From assembly GCA_965218255.1 (NCBI GenBank), contig CBDCKJ010000002.1:297288-361287 (forward strand): a stretch of DNA of 64,000 nucleotides, in the 5' to 3' direction. Positions within the stretch are counted from its first letter, which is position 1; each line of letters starts with the position of its first letter. The notes beneath the pieces were generated by a model, which saw only the letters and a program-made list of their open reading frames with translations, had not been told where the DNA came from and did no database searches. Below are positions 30,280 to 40,542 of the stretch, one piece after another. The position numbers and the translations under genes are program-made. This DNA is from Longimicrobiales bacterium (GTDB lineage: Bacteria; Gemmatimonadota; Gemmatimonadetes; Longimicrobiales; Gaopeijiaceae).

Positions 30280-31836
30280 TCAGACACCCCGGACCGCGGC
30301 TGCGCCCTGCGGAACCGTCTCGAGTGACTGCGCGTAGGCTGCCTTGTTCAGCGCATTCAGGTAGGCTCGTACCGCAGCGTCCACCACGTCCGTCGAGGCG
30401 CCTCGCCCCGTGAGCGTCTTTCCCGCCACCCGGGCCCGAAGCGTAACCTCGCCCACGGCATCGCGTCCCGGCGTCGCCGCCCGGATCGCGAAGTCCTGGA
30501 GCTCGACGTCCCACCCCACGATCTCGTTCACTGCTGCGAGCGCGGCCGCGATCGGCCCGTCCCCCTTCCCGTCGGCCCGGACCTCCCCATCCGCCTCCGT
30601 CCTCAGGGTGACGGTCGCGTACGACCACTCGCCGCCGAACTTCCCCGTCATCTTCTCGAGGGCGAAGGCCTCGGGGACGTCCTTCATCGCCCCGTGGTGC
30701 ACGATCGAGATCAGGTCCTCGTCGAGGATGTCCTTCTTCTGATCGGCCAGGAGCTTGAAGAGCCGGTACGCCCGCTCCATCCCCTCCTCGTCGAGGTCGA
30801 AGCCGAGTTCCCGGAAGCGTTCCCTGAGGGCATGGCGGCCCGAGTGCTTCCCGAGGACGAGCTGGCTCCCGGGCACCCCCACCATCGCCGGGTCCATGAT
30901 CTCGTAGGTGGAGCGCTCCTTGAGCATCCCGTCCTGATGGATCCCCGCTTCGTGGGCGAATGCGTTTCGGCCGACGATCGCCTTGTTCGGCTGAGGGTGG
31001 ATCCCTGTGATTTGCGTGAGGAGCCGGCTCGTCGGATGGATCCTGTTCGTATGGATCCCGGTCGTCAGGCCGAATAGGTCCCTTCGGAGCCGGATCGTCA
31101 TGACGACTTCCTCGAGCGCTGCGTTCCCCGCCCGTTCCCCGATCCCGTTGATCGTGCACTCGATCTGGCGGGCCCCCGCCTCGACGGCGGCGAGGGAGTT
31201 CGCGACGGCGAGGCCGAGATCGTTATGGCAGTGGGCCGAGAGGACGACGCCCTCGAGCTCGGGGACTTCCCGCAGCAGGGTGCTGAAGATCTTTTCGACC
31301 TCCGTCGGGTGCGTGTAGCCGACGGTGTCCGGGATGTTGATCGTCGTCGCCCCTGCCTCGACGGCGACCCTCGCCACCTTGCAGAGGAAGGGCAGCTCCG
31401 TCCGGGTCGCATCCTCGGCGCTGAACTCCACGTCGTCGGTGTAGCGTCTTGCGCGCTCCACGGCGCGGCCGGCCTGCTCGATGCACTCGTCCTCGCTGAT
31501 CTTGAGCTTTCGCTCGAGGTGGACCTTCGAGGTCGCGATGAAGGTGTGGATCCTCGGACGCTCCGCGTCCTCGATCGCCCGGGCCGCCCGGTCGATGTCT
31601 CCGGGCCGGGTCCGCGAGAGCGCGGTGATCACGGGACGCCGGACCTCCCGGGCGACACGGCGAACGGCCTGGAAGTCGTCGGGTGAACTGACGGGGAAGC
31701 CGGCCTCAATGACGTCCACCCCGAGGTCGTCCAGCGCGTGAGCGAGCTGGAGCTTCTCGGCGGTCGTCATGCTCGCGCCGGGCGACTGCTCCCCATCGCG
31801 AAGCGTCGTGTCGAAGATGATGACTCGATTCTCCAT
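30280..31836 (-). CDS. leuA: 2-isopropylmalate synthase
   Basis: 518 aa MENRVIIFDTTLRDGEQSPG... with HCHNDLGLAVANSLAA. Confidence 0.95.
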   Translation of the reverse strand: MENRVIIFDTTLRDGEQSPGASMTTAEKLQLAHALDDLGVDVIEAGFPVSSPDDFQAVRRVAREVRRPVITALSRTRPGDIDRAARAIEDAERPRIHTFIATSKVHLERKLKISEDECIEQAGRAVERARRYTDDVEFSAEDATRTELPFLCKVARVAVEAGATTINIPDTVGYTHPTEVEKIFSTLLREVPELEGVVLSAHCHNDLGLAVANSLAAVEAGARQIECTINGIGERAGNAALEEVVMTIRLRRDLFGLTTGIHTNRIHPTSRLLTQITGIHPQPNKAIVGRNAFAHEAGIHQDGMLKERSTYEIMDPAMVGVPGSQLVLGKHSGRHALRERFRELGFDLDEEGMERAYRLFKLLADQKKDILDEDLISIVHHGAMKDVPEAFALEKMTGKFGGEWSYATVTLRTEADGEVRADGKGDGPIAAALAAVNEIVGWDVELQDFAIRAATPGRDAVGEVTLRARVAGKTLTGRGASTDVVDAAVRAYLNALNKAAYAQSLETVPQGAAAVRGV

Positions 31837-32115
31837 GGCCCCTCCGCGCGCTCCCTGGACTGTCTGTTGCCGTGGTCTGCTGGCCGTAGGCTCACGGGTC
31901 CTGCCCGAACAAAAAAGAAGCGGGCTTCTCAGCTGGGAGAGGGCCCGCTCACGTCCGCCTAGCCTGCTGGATCGGACTCAGGGCGGTCCGATGCTGCCCA
32001 CCCGGGGGCTCTCCTCCCGAGCCGCGCCTCCAGGGAGGAGCAGCGCTGAGGCGACTGCGCTGGCCAGTCTCAGAAAATTCGCTCCCCGGTTGCTTCGATC
32101 GAACCCGCCCCATCG
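31837..32115 (-). promoter_or_regulatory. leuA 5' leader with mutually exclusive hairpins (attenuation-type element, mechanism unknown)
   Basis: Hairpin CUCCUCCC(32033-32040)/GGGAGGAG(32011-32018). The segment GGAGAGCCC (32006-32014) can instead pair with GGGCCCUCUCC (31936-31946), which overlaps the terminator 5' arm. Confidence 0.5.
31908..31950 (-). terminator. intrinsic terminator inside the leuA leader (attenuator)
   Basis: Minus strand reads GAGCGGGC-CCUCUCCCAGCUGAGAA-GCCCGCUUC followed by UUUUUUG. It lies 72 nt upstream of the leuA ATG. The T-run stands out in this GC-rich sequence. Confidence 0.7.
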
Positions 32116-32121
32116 GGTTTC

Positions 32122-32149
32122 ATCTTAGATTGCGCTTCGCCTTTGTCAA
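32122..32149 (-). promoter_or_regulatory. sigma-70-like promoter of the leu/ilv operon
   Basis: Minus strand reads TTGACA (32149-32144), a 16-nt spacer, then TAAGAT (32127-32122). Confidence 0.55.
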
Positions 32150-33199
32150 CCTCTTTCGGAACGCGGGGCCGGGCACACGCGACCCCGGCGTTCCGGGGGA
32201 GGCTGAAGCGTGCGGCCGCTACGCCGCCCGTAAATCCGTAAGAGGGGGCGTCCTGCCCTCCCGCGCCCTGCGGGGATGGCCGGGGCCCGGGAAGCCGGAT
32301 TCGTTCGGAGGCGCTCCGCCGCCCCGTGGCACCCGGGCCTCTCCGACGCGTCGGGGTGGATCTCTGCCCTGCAGCCCTGCAGCCGGGTTGATCACCGTTC
32401 CATTTCGAGCGCACGTCAGGGTGGCCTGCTCGAACGGCCCGGCGCCGGCGGGGAGGACTCCGCCCTGAACCGCGCCGGCGGCGTGAGCGGCCAGCGCGTC
32501 GCGAGCGACGCCGCTCAGGATGAGTTCCCGCGTTTCCCCGAGAGCGCCCTCGCAATCAAGCCGGTCCACGGCCGAGTCCTTAGCCGCCGCGGGAGGAATG
32601 ACGCTGTGACGAGCGACCGAGCGGGCCAGCGAACAATCCGTCATGGGCGCCGCGGGGGCGATCTCTCCATTCGCGAGCGTCGCGAGGCCGCGTACCCGCA
32701 ACCGGAATCACGCGGACGTCTGTGCGGCGCTGGCGAAAGCGGACGGGAAAGGCGGGCGCCCCTTCCCAGCGGGTGCGCCCGGCCGGCAGCACACCGCCAC
32801 CGGCCCAGAAGAGATCGGGGTCCGACGACGCCCGAGGGGACGCGACTTCCCGGGCCGGGACCCGGGCGCCTCGTCGAACCACAGGCCGGCGGAGCCTCCC
32901 GGTCACTCTTGTGAACCTCGATCCCGATGTGCGTCTTGGTCTTTTTCGTGACTGGGCCGGTCTCCTGATCCCCACTGCGACCGTCGAGTCGTTTGTGGCT
33001 TTGGCAACCCCGCGAACCGGGGGCGCTAACCCACGATACCGGGCAGGGGCCGGCCCTTTCATGCCTTCCAGCCACGTCTTCTAGGCAGGGCGGAGGAGAC
33101 GGGGAGACATCCCCCCGGCGCCTCCGCCTCGAGCCACTTCAGCTCCCTGGGCGTCGGCGCGCGCACTCGCGCCGACGATCGTGCTCCGCCCAAGAGTCT

Positions 33200-33227
33200 T
33201 TTCCAGTACGGAGATGAGCCTGAAGGG
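33200..33227. repeat. terminal inverted repeat (left) of the rve-type IS
   Basis: Shares a 17-nt perfect core GAGATGAGCCTGAAGGG plus TTTCCAG with the reverse complement of 35087-35113. Confidence 0.65.
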
Positions 33228-33798
33228 GGAGTGTGAGTGGGGTGAGGCGAGTCCTGGGTTTGGGGCTGGTGGCAGTGGGTGGAGAGTCAGTATCGGGTGG
33301 GGAGTGGAGAGAGGCAACTGGCCCTGGCGGGACGTGGCTGGCTGGACTGTGCCGGGCGAGGAAGTGGGGTCGAGAAGGAGAGGGGTGTGAACGTTCATCA
33401 GGGCTGGGGAGTTCGAAGCGACCGAAGGTTGCGGAGGAAGAGCGCAGCTCTCGGAGCGAAGGGATACGGGGTAGGGAGGTTGGGGGAGAGTTGCGGCTGC
33501 ACGGCGGAGGAGGTCCTGGAAAGCGAGCTGGGAGCGAGGCCGACTGTGCACGTATCGTTGCGATGGATGTGGATGCCCCCCTGCCCTCGGCACCAAAGTC
33601 CGCCGGGTGTGTCCGTGCCACGGCGTCTCTCCCCTGGGCCTCACTGGGGATGGCAGCGGTCCCGAGTCATGTGCGGAGTAGGGGGCCCCGGGAGGGCTTG
33701 ATCCTCTGCGCTCGCTCCACCCGGTCGCCGGCCTCCACGGCCTGCCGGTTGCGGGGTGGGGGCCGGTGGGCTCGGCGTCACGGGCCGGCGACCGGGGA

Positions 33799-35063
33799 TC
33801 AGGCGGCGGAGCCCTGGGCCTCCTCGGCGAGGGTGCGGAGGAGTTCGTTGCGGGCGCGACGGGCGAGCTGGGTAGCCTCGAAGTCCGGGGTTTCGAGGGC
33901 GAGCCGGTCGAGGGCCTCGAAGGTGACGCCGGGCCGGAGGTAGCCTTCGGCGCCGGGCAAGCTGCGCAGTCGGTCGTAGGGGGTGGCGACCTCCGCTTGG
34001 GGATAGCGCTTGCGGACGCGGCCGTTGGCGCTGATGTCCTGGACGGAGAACAGGCAGGGCCGGTGGAAGTTGAGCAAGGGAGAGAGGGTGTGTGCAGGAA
34101 GTCGTCGACACGGGGGGCGGGAGGGCCCGGGACGTAGATGTGGCCGAGCCACCTGGGTACGACGCTTCCGTTCTTGGACTCGACGAGGGCGTTGTCGTTG
34201 CTCTTGCCGGGGGGGGACTTGGTGAAGTCGCCGATGTGGAGCTTGTCCAGGAGTTCGGCGACCCGGTGGTTGATGTACTCCGAGCCGTTGTCGGCGTGGA
34301 AGGCCTCGACGGTAAAGGGGAAGGAGGTGATGAGGGCCTTGAGGACGGGGATGAGGTAGTACTCGGTGATGTTGGGGACCGCACCGAGGTGCTGGAACTG
34401 GGTCACCTCGTCGACGACGTTGATGATGTAGATTCCTTTGTCGCCCTCCCGGTCGCCGAGGTGGACGGTGTCGACGCGCAGAAACCCGGGCTTGCCTTCG
34501 GGCGTTGGCTTGCGGCGCTTGCCGATGCGCACCGGGGTGGAGCGCGTCTGGCGGAAGGTGAGGCGGCCGATCCGGTAGGAGCGGCTCTTCCTCAAGTTGT
34601 AGATGTGGCCGTTGGAGATCGAGGCGGGCCGCTGGAAACGCTCGTCGCCGTGGACCTCGTATTCGCGCCTGAGGATCTCCTTCGTGGCCGGGCCCGAGAG
34701 CTGGCCGTAGGCCTCGTCGACCTCGGCCAGCAATCCGGCGTCGCGGGGCGTGTAGCGGTGAAGGAAGGGCCTGGCCGGGGGCTTCTTTCTGTGGTCACGG
34801 AGCCCTCCGGTCCGGCGGTGCTGCCTGACGAGGCGGGTGATCTGGGCCCGGGAGAGGCCCGTCGCCTTCTCGAGGAAGCGCTTGACCACCCCCTTGTCGG
34901 CCTTCCCGAGGCACGGATAAAGCACCTGCTCGAGAGTCCGGCCGATGAGGGTGTAGGCCCCGTCGCGGTCGACGTGGCCGATCTCGGCCAGCTCGGCACC
35001 TTCCACGAAGGTCCGCATCTGGTCGACGGTACGGATCTGGTCGGTCGAGAGATTCACGATCAT
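33799..35063 (-). pseudogene. integrase-core (rve) DDE transposase, interrupted by one frameshift near 34085-34100
   Basis: The N-terminal frame (HTH, then FHADNGSEYIN ... SNDNALVESKNG) runs from 35063. The family-typical C-terminus LNFHRPCLF...TPYDRLRSLPGAEGYLRPGVTFEALD continues in the frame of ORF 33799-34152. The Pro/Ser-rich 330-aa tail of the 660-aa track ORF is out-of-frame read-through. Confidence 0.75.
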
Positions 35064-35086
35064 ACCCCCATGATTGCAGCGCCCCG

Positions 35087-35113
35087 CCCTTCAGGCTCAT
35101 CTCTCCCTGGAAA
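35087..35113. repeat. terminal inverted repeat (right) of the rve-type IS
   Basis: The reverse complement reads TTTCCAGGGAGAGATGAGCCTGAAGGG. It lies 24 nt upstream of the transposase ATG. Confidence 0.65.
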
Positions 35114-35124
35114 CCAACCCCCTC

Positions 35125-35145
35125 TTTAGCCCGAGTTTGACAGTT
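35125..35145. repeat. target-site duplication TTTAG (35125-35129) plus left IR (35130-35145) of the IS1634-family element
   Basis: Read directly from the sequence. Coordinates cross-checked with the ORF 35074 frame. Confidence 0.8.
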
Positions 35146-37049
35146 GATGGATACATGATTTTCGGTAACGCTATGCGTTACTGTGACTTACGGGCACTCC
35201 GGCAGAGTGCCCCATGTAACTATGAGTTTTGGGGGGTTCAGTCCAGCTTCAGGATGGCCGGCGGGGATGCTATCTGCAGTGATTTCAGGCGCTTGGCGGC
35301 GCTTGGGCGAGGCTCGGTCACCTGCCACAGCGTCCCGTTCGGGCCCAACAATTGAACAAGTTTGATGCCGCTGAGATCGCGGTGGATGTTGCGCCAGGTG
35401 TCCTCGATGGCATGCTCGGCCATCCGCTCGAGCAGGAGCCCGAGGACCGTCAGCGCGATGTGAGCCCGGATGCGGCGCTCGGTACGGTGATAGACCGGGC
35501 GGAGTCCGAGGCCGCTCTTCATCTGCCGCCACGCCTGCTCGACCCTCTGCTGTTGTCGGTAGCCAAGCGCCATGTCTTCGGCGTTCAGCGTGTCGTCGTT
35601 CGTGTGCACGACGAACTTCCCGTCCAGCCGCTCGGCGGCCTTCACCTTGGCCCGAGCGATCTTGAGTCCCCCGGTGCGTGTCAGGCGCAGGTAGCGTCCG
35701 TAACGGCGGCTGGCGCGCAGTCTGCACACCTGCTTGCCGTGTCCGTCCTCTTCCTGCGGGGCTAACGCCGCCAGCTTCGCTTCCAGCTCCGCCAGTACCT
35801 TCGCGCGATGCCGGCGTTTGCGCTCGGCCTCCCGAGGGTTGTGGCACACGGCGTAACGCTCTCGCCGCTCGCCGTCGCCAACGACGACTTCCTTGACCCG
35901 CAGATTCGGTCCCGCCTCGCGGTAGCGCCCGCGACGACTGAGTACCTCGGTGTCGATCTTTCCGCCGGGATGCACCGGCATGCAGACGATGTAGCGTCCC
36001 CCGGCCCGCGCCAGCGCCCCCAGGTTCTCCTTCGAGACCATCCCGGCGTCACCCACGAACACGCACCGGTTCAGATTCCAGCCCCCCAGATCCCTCTTCA
36101 CCCTCGCCACCGTGCTCACGTCCACCGTGTTGCCCGAAAACACCCAGTGGCGCACCGGGAAACCCTCCCGCGTAACCGCAAGACCCACCACCACCTGCGG
36201 AGCATCCCCGCGGCCGTTCTTCGAGTGACCCCGTCGCCTGGCCACCCCCTCCGCCGCCGTGTCCTCGTCATCCATCTCGAAGTGGACGGAGGTCGTGTCG
36301 TAGAAGATCAGCTCCACGTCCAGGTTGAACAGATCCGCCATCCGGTAGTAGAGACCCTTCTCCAGCGCCTCCCCGTGTTCCACCAGGAAATCCATCGCCC
36401 GGTAGAGGTGCTGCAGCTCGAGAGCTTCGCACCCCTCGATACGAACCTCCTCGGCCAACCATCTCTCCCAGCAGTGCAACGTGGACGCCGGCGCCAACGC
36501 CCGGTGGGCCACCATCGCAAACAGCGCCCGCTCGACGGAGAACCCGAACTTGTGATCCCCGGCGAACTCTTCAATCAGTTCCGCCAGCCCGGTCCTGCGC
36601 CACAGATGCTCCAGCACGTAGACATCGCCGTAGGGCCAGGTATCAACCACGCGCATGGCCCCGTCGGCCCCAACCAGCTCCTCGGGGCTGCAGCGCTTCA
36701 GGATGCTCTTCGCGAGCCTCCGGAGGCGCTCGACCGCCTTCTCGTCGTCGGCACGGCCGCAGTTGTAGAGGATGCGTACGCGGGAGCGCTTCTTGACCGG
36801 ATCCCAGACGTTCTCGGCGATCTGGAGGTGGGCGAGCTTCGAGCCGTCGACTCGCTTCTGGGTGGTCCTCCGCAGGTACATGTATCCAATGATATGGACA
36901 CATGCATTTGTTGTCAATGCCTGTAGGCATGAGCCATGTATCTATGTATTCCGGCAAAATATCTAGGCCCAGACGCCGTAAGTCATTGCCCTGAAACACC
37001 TTAGGTTTTCAATGTGCCTCCCGATGTACGAGTAACTGTCAAACTCGGG
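35130..37049 (-). mobile_element. IS1634-family (IS4-superfamily) insertion sequence, 1,920 bp, apparently intact
   Basis: Perfect 16-bp terminal inverted repeats CCCGAGTTTGACAGTT flanked by a 5-bp direct repeat TTTAG. Single long transposase ORF. Confidence 0.8.
35238..36881 (-). CDS. IS1634-family transposase (DDE)
   Basis: MYLRRTTQKRVDGSKLAHLQIAENVWDPVKKRSRVRILYNCGRADDE... is the typical IS1634-family N-terminus. The track ORF starts 12 codons earlier at 36917. Confidence 0.8.
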   Translation of the reverse strand: MYLRRTTQKRVDGSKLAHLQIAENVWDPVKKRSRVRILYNCGRADDEKAVERLRRLAKSILKRCSPEELVGADGAMRVVDTWPYGDVYVLEHLWRRTGLAELIEEFAGDHKFGFSVERALFAMVAHRALAPASTLHCWERWLAEEVRIEGCEALELQHLYRAMDFLVEHGEALEKGLYYRMADLFNLDVELIFYDTTSVHFEMDDEDTAAEGVARRRGHSKNGRGDAPQVVVGLAVTREGFPVRHWVFSGNTVDVSTVARVKRDLGGWNLNRCVFVGDAGMVSKENLGALARAGGRYIVCMPVHPGGKIDTEVLSRRGRYREAGPNLRVKEVVVGDGERRERYAVCHNPREAERKRRHRAKVLAELEAKLAALAPQEEDGHGKQVCRLRASRRYGRYLRLTRTGGLKIARAKVKAAERLDGKFVVHTNDDTLNAEDMALGYRQQQRVEQAWRQMKSGLGLRPVYHRTERRIRAHIALTVLGLLLERMAEHAIEDTWRNIHRDLSGIKLVQLLGPNGTLWQVTEPRPSAAKRLKSLQIASPPAILKLD

Positions 37050-37054
37050 TTTAG
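37034..37054. repeat. right IR (37034-37049) plus target-site duplication TTTAG (37050-37054) of the IS1634-family element
   Basis: AACTGTCAAACTCGGG is the exact reverse complement of 35130-35145 and is followed by TTTAG. Cross-checked with the ORF 37014 frame. Confidence 0.8.
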
Positions 37055-37083
37055 GCTCACTTCACTTTGGACAAGACTGCCCA

Positions 37084-37112
37084 TTGACGCCCCGAAGCCC
37101 CGCCCATATTTT
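37084..37112 (+). promoter_or_regulatory. sigma-70-like promoter candidate for the rpsL operon
   Basis: TTGACG (37084-37089), a 17-nt spacer, then TATTTT (37107-37112). About 130 nt upstream of the rpsL ATG and 30 nt from the IS1634 end. Confidence 0.45.
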
Positions 37113-37162
37113 CGTCGGTCTGTCTTGGAACGTTTTCTGGCTCGAGCACGCTTCCGATCCAA

Positions 37163-37173
37163 GGGGGGGGGGG
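37163..37173 (+). repeat. G11 homopolymer followed by TGGGTGG, in the presumed rpsL 5' UTR
   Basis: aaGGGGGGGGGGGtGGGtGG. The G count was verified against the ORF 37014 translation (KGGGVGG). Confidence 0.9.
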
Positions 37174-37241
37174 TGGGTGGCCTTCCTCGCGCTGCGGTCT
37201 CCGCGAGCGTCTTCTCGGGCCTGCCCGAAGTGTGAGGCTTC

Positions 37242-37616
37242 ATGCCTACGATCAGCCAGCTCGTCCGAAAGGGCCGAAAGAGCGTGGAGAAGAAGAACAA
37301 GTCTCCTGCCCTTCAGGGGAACCCGCAGAAGCGGGGTGTCTGTACGCGCGTCTACACCACGACGCCGAAGAAGCCGAATTCGGCGCTACGCAAGGTTGCG
37401 CGCGTGAGGCTCACGAATGGCTACGAGGTCACGTCCTACATCCCGGGTGAGGGCCACAATCTCCAGGAGCACTCGATTGTGCTCATCAGGGGCGGCCGCG
37501 TGAAGGATCTCCCGGGGGTGCGCTACCATACGATTCGGGGGACGCTTGATGCCTCGGGCGTCTCCACCCGGAGGCAGGGGCGAAGCAAATACGGAGCAAA
37601 GCGTCCCAAGGGATGA
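37242..37616 (+). CDS. rpsL: 30S ribosomal protein S12
   Basis: 124 aa [48 protein letters not shown]. Confidence 0.97.
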   Translation: MPTISQLVRKGRKSVEKKNKSPALQGNPQKRGVCTRVYTTTPKKPNSALRKVARVRLTNGYEVTSYIPGEGHNLQEHSIVLIRGGRVKDLPGVRYHTIRGTLDASGVSTRRQGRSKYGAKRPKG

Positions 37617-37659
37617 CGGGCGCCGGCCCGACACCCAAGAGAGCGTTCGGTAAGGGAAT

Positions 37660-38130
37660 ATGAGCCGCAGGTCGAGAGCCGAGAACCGGGAGGCGGTCGG
37701 GGATCCGAAGTTCGAATCGCCGGTTGTGTCCAAGTTCATGAACACGCTGATGCTGGACGGCAAGAAGTCGCTGGCGGAGTCCATCTTCTACGATGCGCTC
37801 GATATCATCGAGGAGAGGTCGGGCCAGTCGGGGCTCCAGGTGTTCAACCAGGCGATCCAGAATACGAAGCCGGCGCTCGAGGTGAAGAGCCGGAGGGTCG
37901 GTGGGGCCACCTATCAGGTTCCCATCGAGGTGCGCCCGGAGCGTCGTAACGCCCTCGCGATCCGGTGGCTCATCGGCTACGCGCGGGCACGGGGCGAGAA
38001 GAGCATGGCGCAGCGGCTCGCCGGCGAGCTGATGGCCGCGGCCCGCAACGAGGGTTCCACGATCAAGAGGAAGGAAGACACGCACCGGATGGCAGAAGCG
38101 AACAAGGCGTTCGCCCACTACCGCTGGTAG
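37660..38130 (+). CDS. rpsG: 30S ribosomal protein S7
   Basis: 156 aa [37 protein letters not shown]. Confidence 0.97.
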   Translation: MSRRSRAENREAVGDPKFESPVVSKFMNTLMLDGKKSLAESIFYDALDIIEERSGQSGLQVFNQAIQNTKPALEVKSRRVGGATYQVPIEVRPERRNALAIRWLIGYARARGEKSMAQRLAGELMAAARNEGSTIKRKEDTHRMAEANKAFAHYRW

Positions 38131-38376
38131 CCCGAGCCGTTTGACCGGGGACGCGCAGAGCGTCGAAGTGGAGAGCCCTCGCGGGTTGTCCTTCCGGTAG
38201 CGCGCAGGGGGCTGGTGGCCGGTAGTGGGTGGTCACGACGGGAAGCTCGGGCGCGCACGCCACTTCATCGCTCCTGCGCGTTTGTATTGACGGGCGGGGC
38301 AAGAGACCCCGAACGAGTTGACTTGACTTCGGCGGCGGCAGCTGGCCTCGCCGAATGAGGGCAGGCAATAGATTCG

Positions 38377-40482
<2,106 letters not shown>

Positions 40483-40542
40483 GTAACCGAAGGTATGGTG
40501 CTCGGCTCTCTTTCTTTCACGGGGATCCGGAAGCGAGGCGCA

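Larger units (their letters stand above)
33200..35113 (-). mobile_element. IS element with rve-type DDE transposase (ISNCY-like; family assignment tentative), about 1.9 kb
   Basis: Imperfect terminal inverted repeats TTTCCAG-n4-GAGATGAGCCTGAAGGG at 33200-33227 and its complement, with a 1-nt indel, at 35087-35113. They enclose a frameshifted transposase and a G-rich non-coding tail of about 570 bp. Confidence 0.65.

Noticed and set aside
31998-32003. GGGUGG...ACCGCC in the leuA leader, resembling the T-box core GGGUGGNACCGCG.
   Set aside because: Ten extra nucleotides split the motif. The UGGG would not match an A73 tRNA-Leu acceptor end. I could not find Stem I features (K-turn, AGAGA box, specifier loop) by eye. 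It is left as something to test with a covariance model, not a call.
32035-32043. Three consecutive Leu codons (CUG CUC CUC) in the leuA leader, suggesting a Leu leader peptide.
   Set aside because: Back to the upstream TAA, that frame has no ATG, GTG or TTG and no Shine-Dalgarno before the Leu codons. The only ATG-initiated small ORFs in the leader start within or just after the proposed -10 box (MKPDGAGSIEATGERIF from 32123, MGRVRSKQPG... from 32114), have no Leu run and lack an obvious Shine-Dalgarno.
33081-33798. C-terminal half of the 660-aa track ORF 33081-35063, a Pro/Ser/Ala-rich tail.
   Set aside because: This is out-of-frame read-through after the transposase frameshift. The genuine, family-typical C-terminus lies in another frame (33799-34152). 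The ORF also runs past the element's inverted repeat at 33200.
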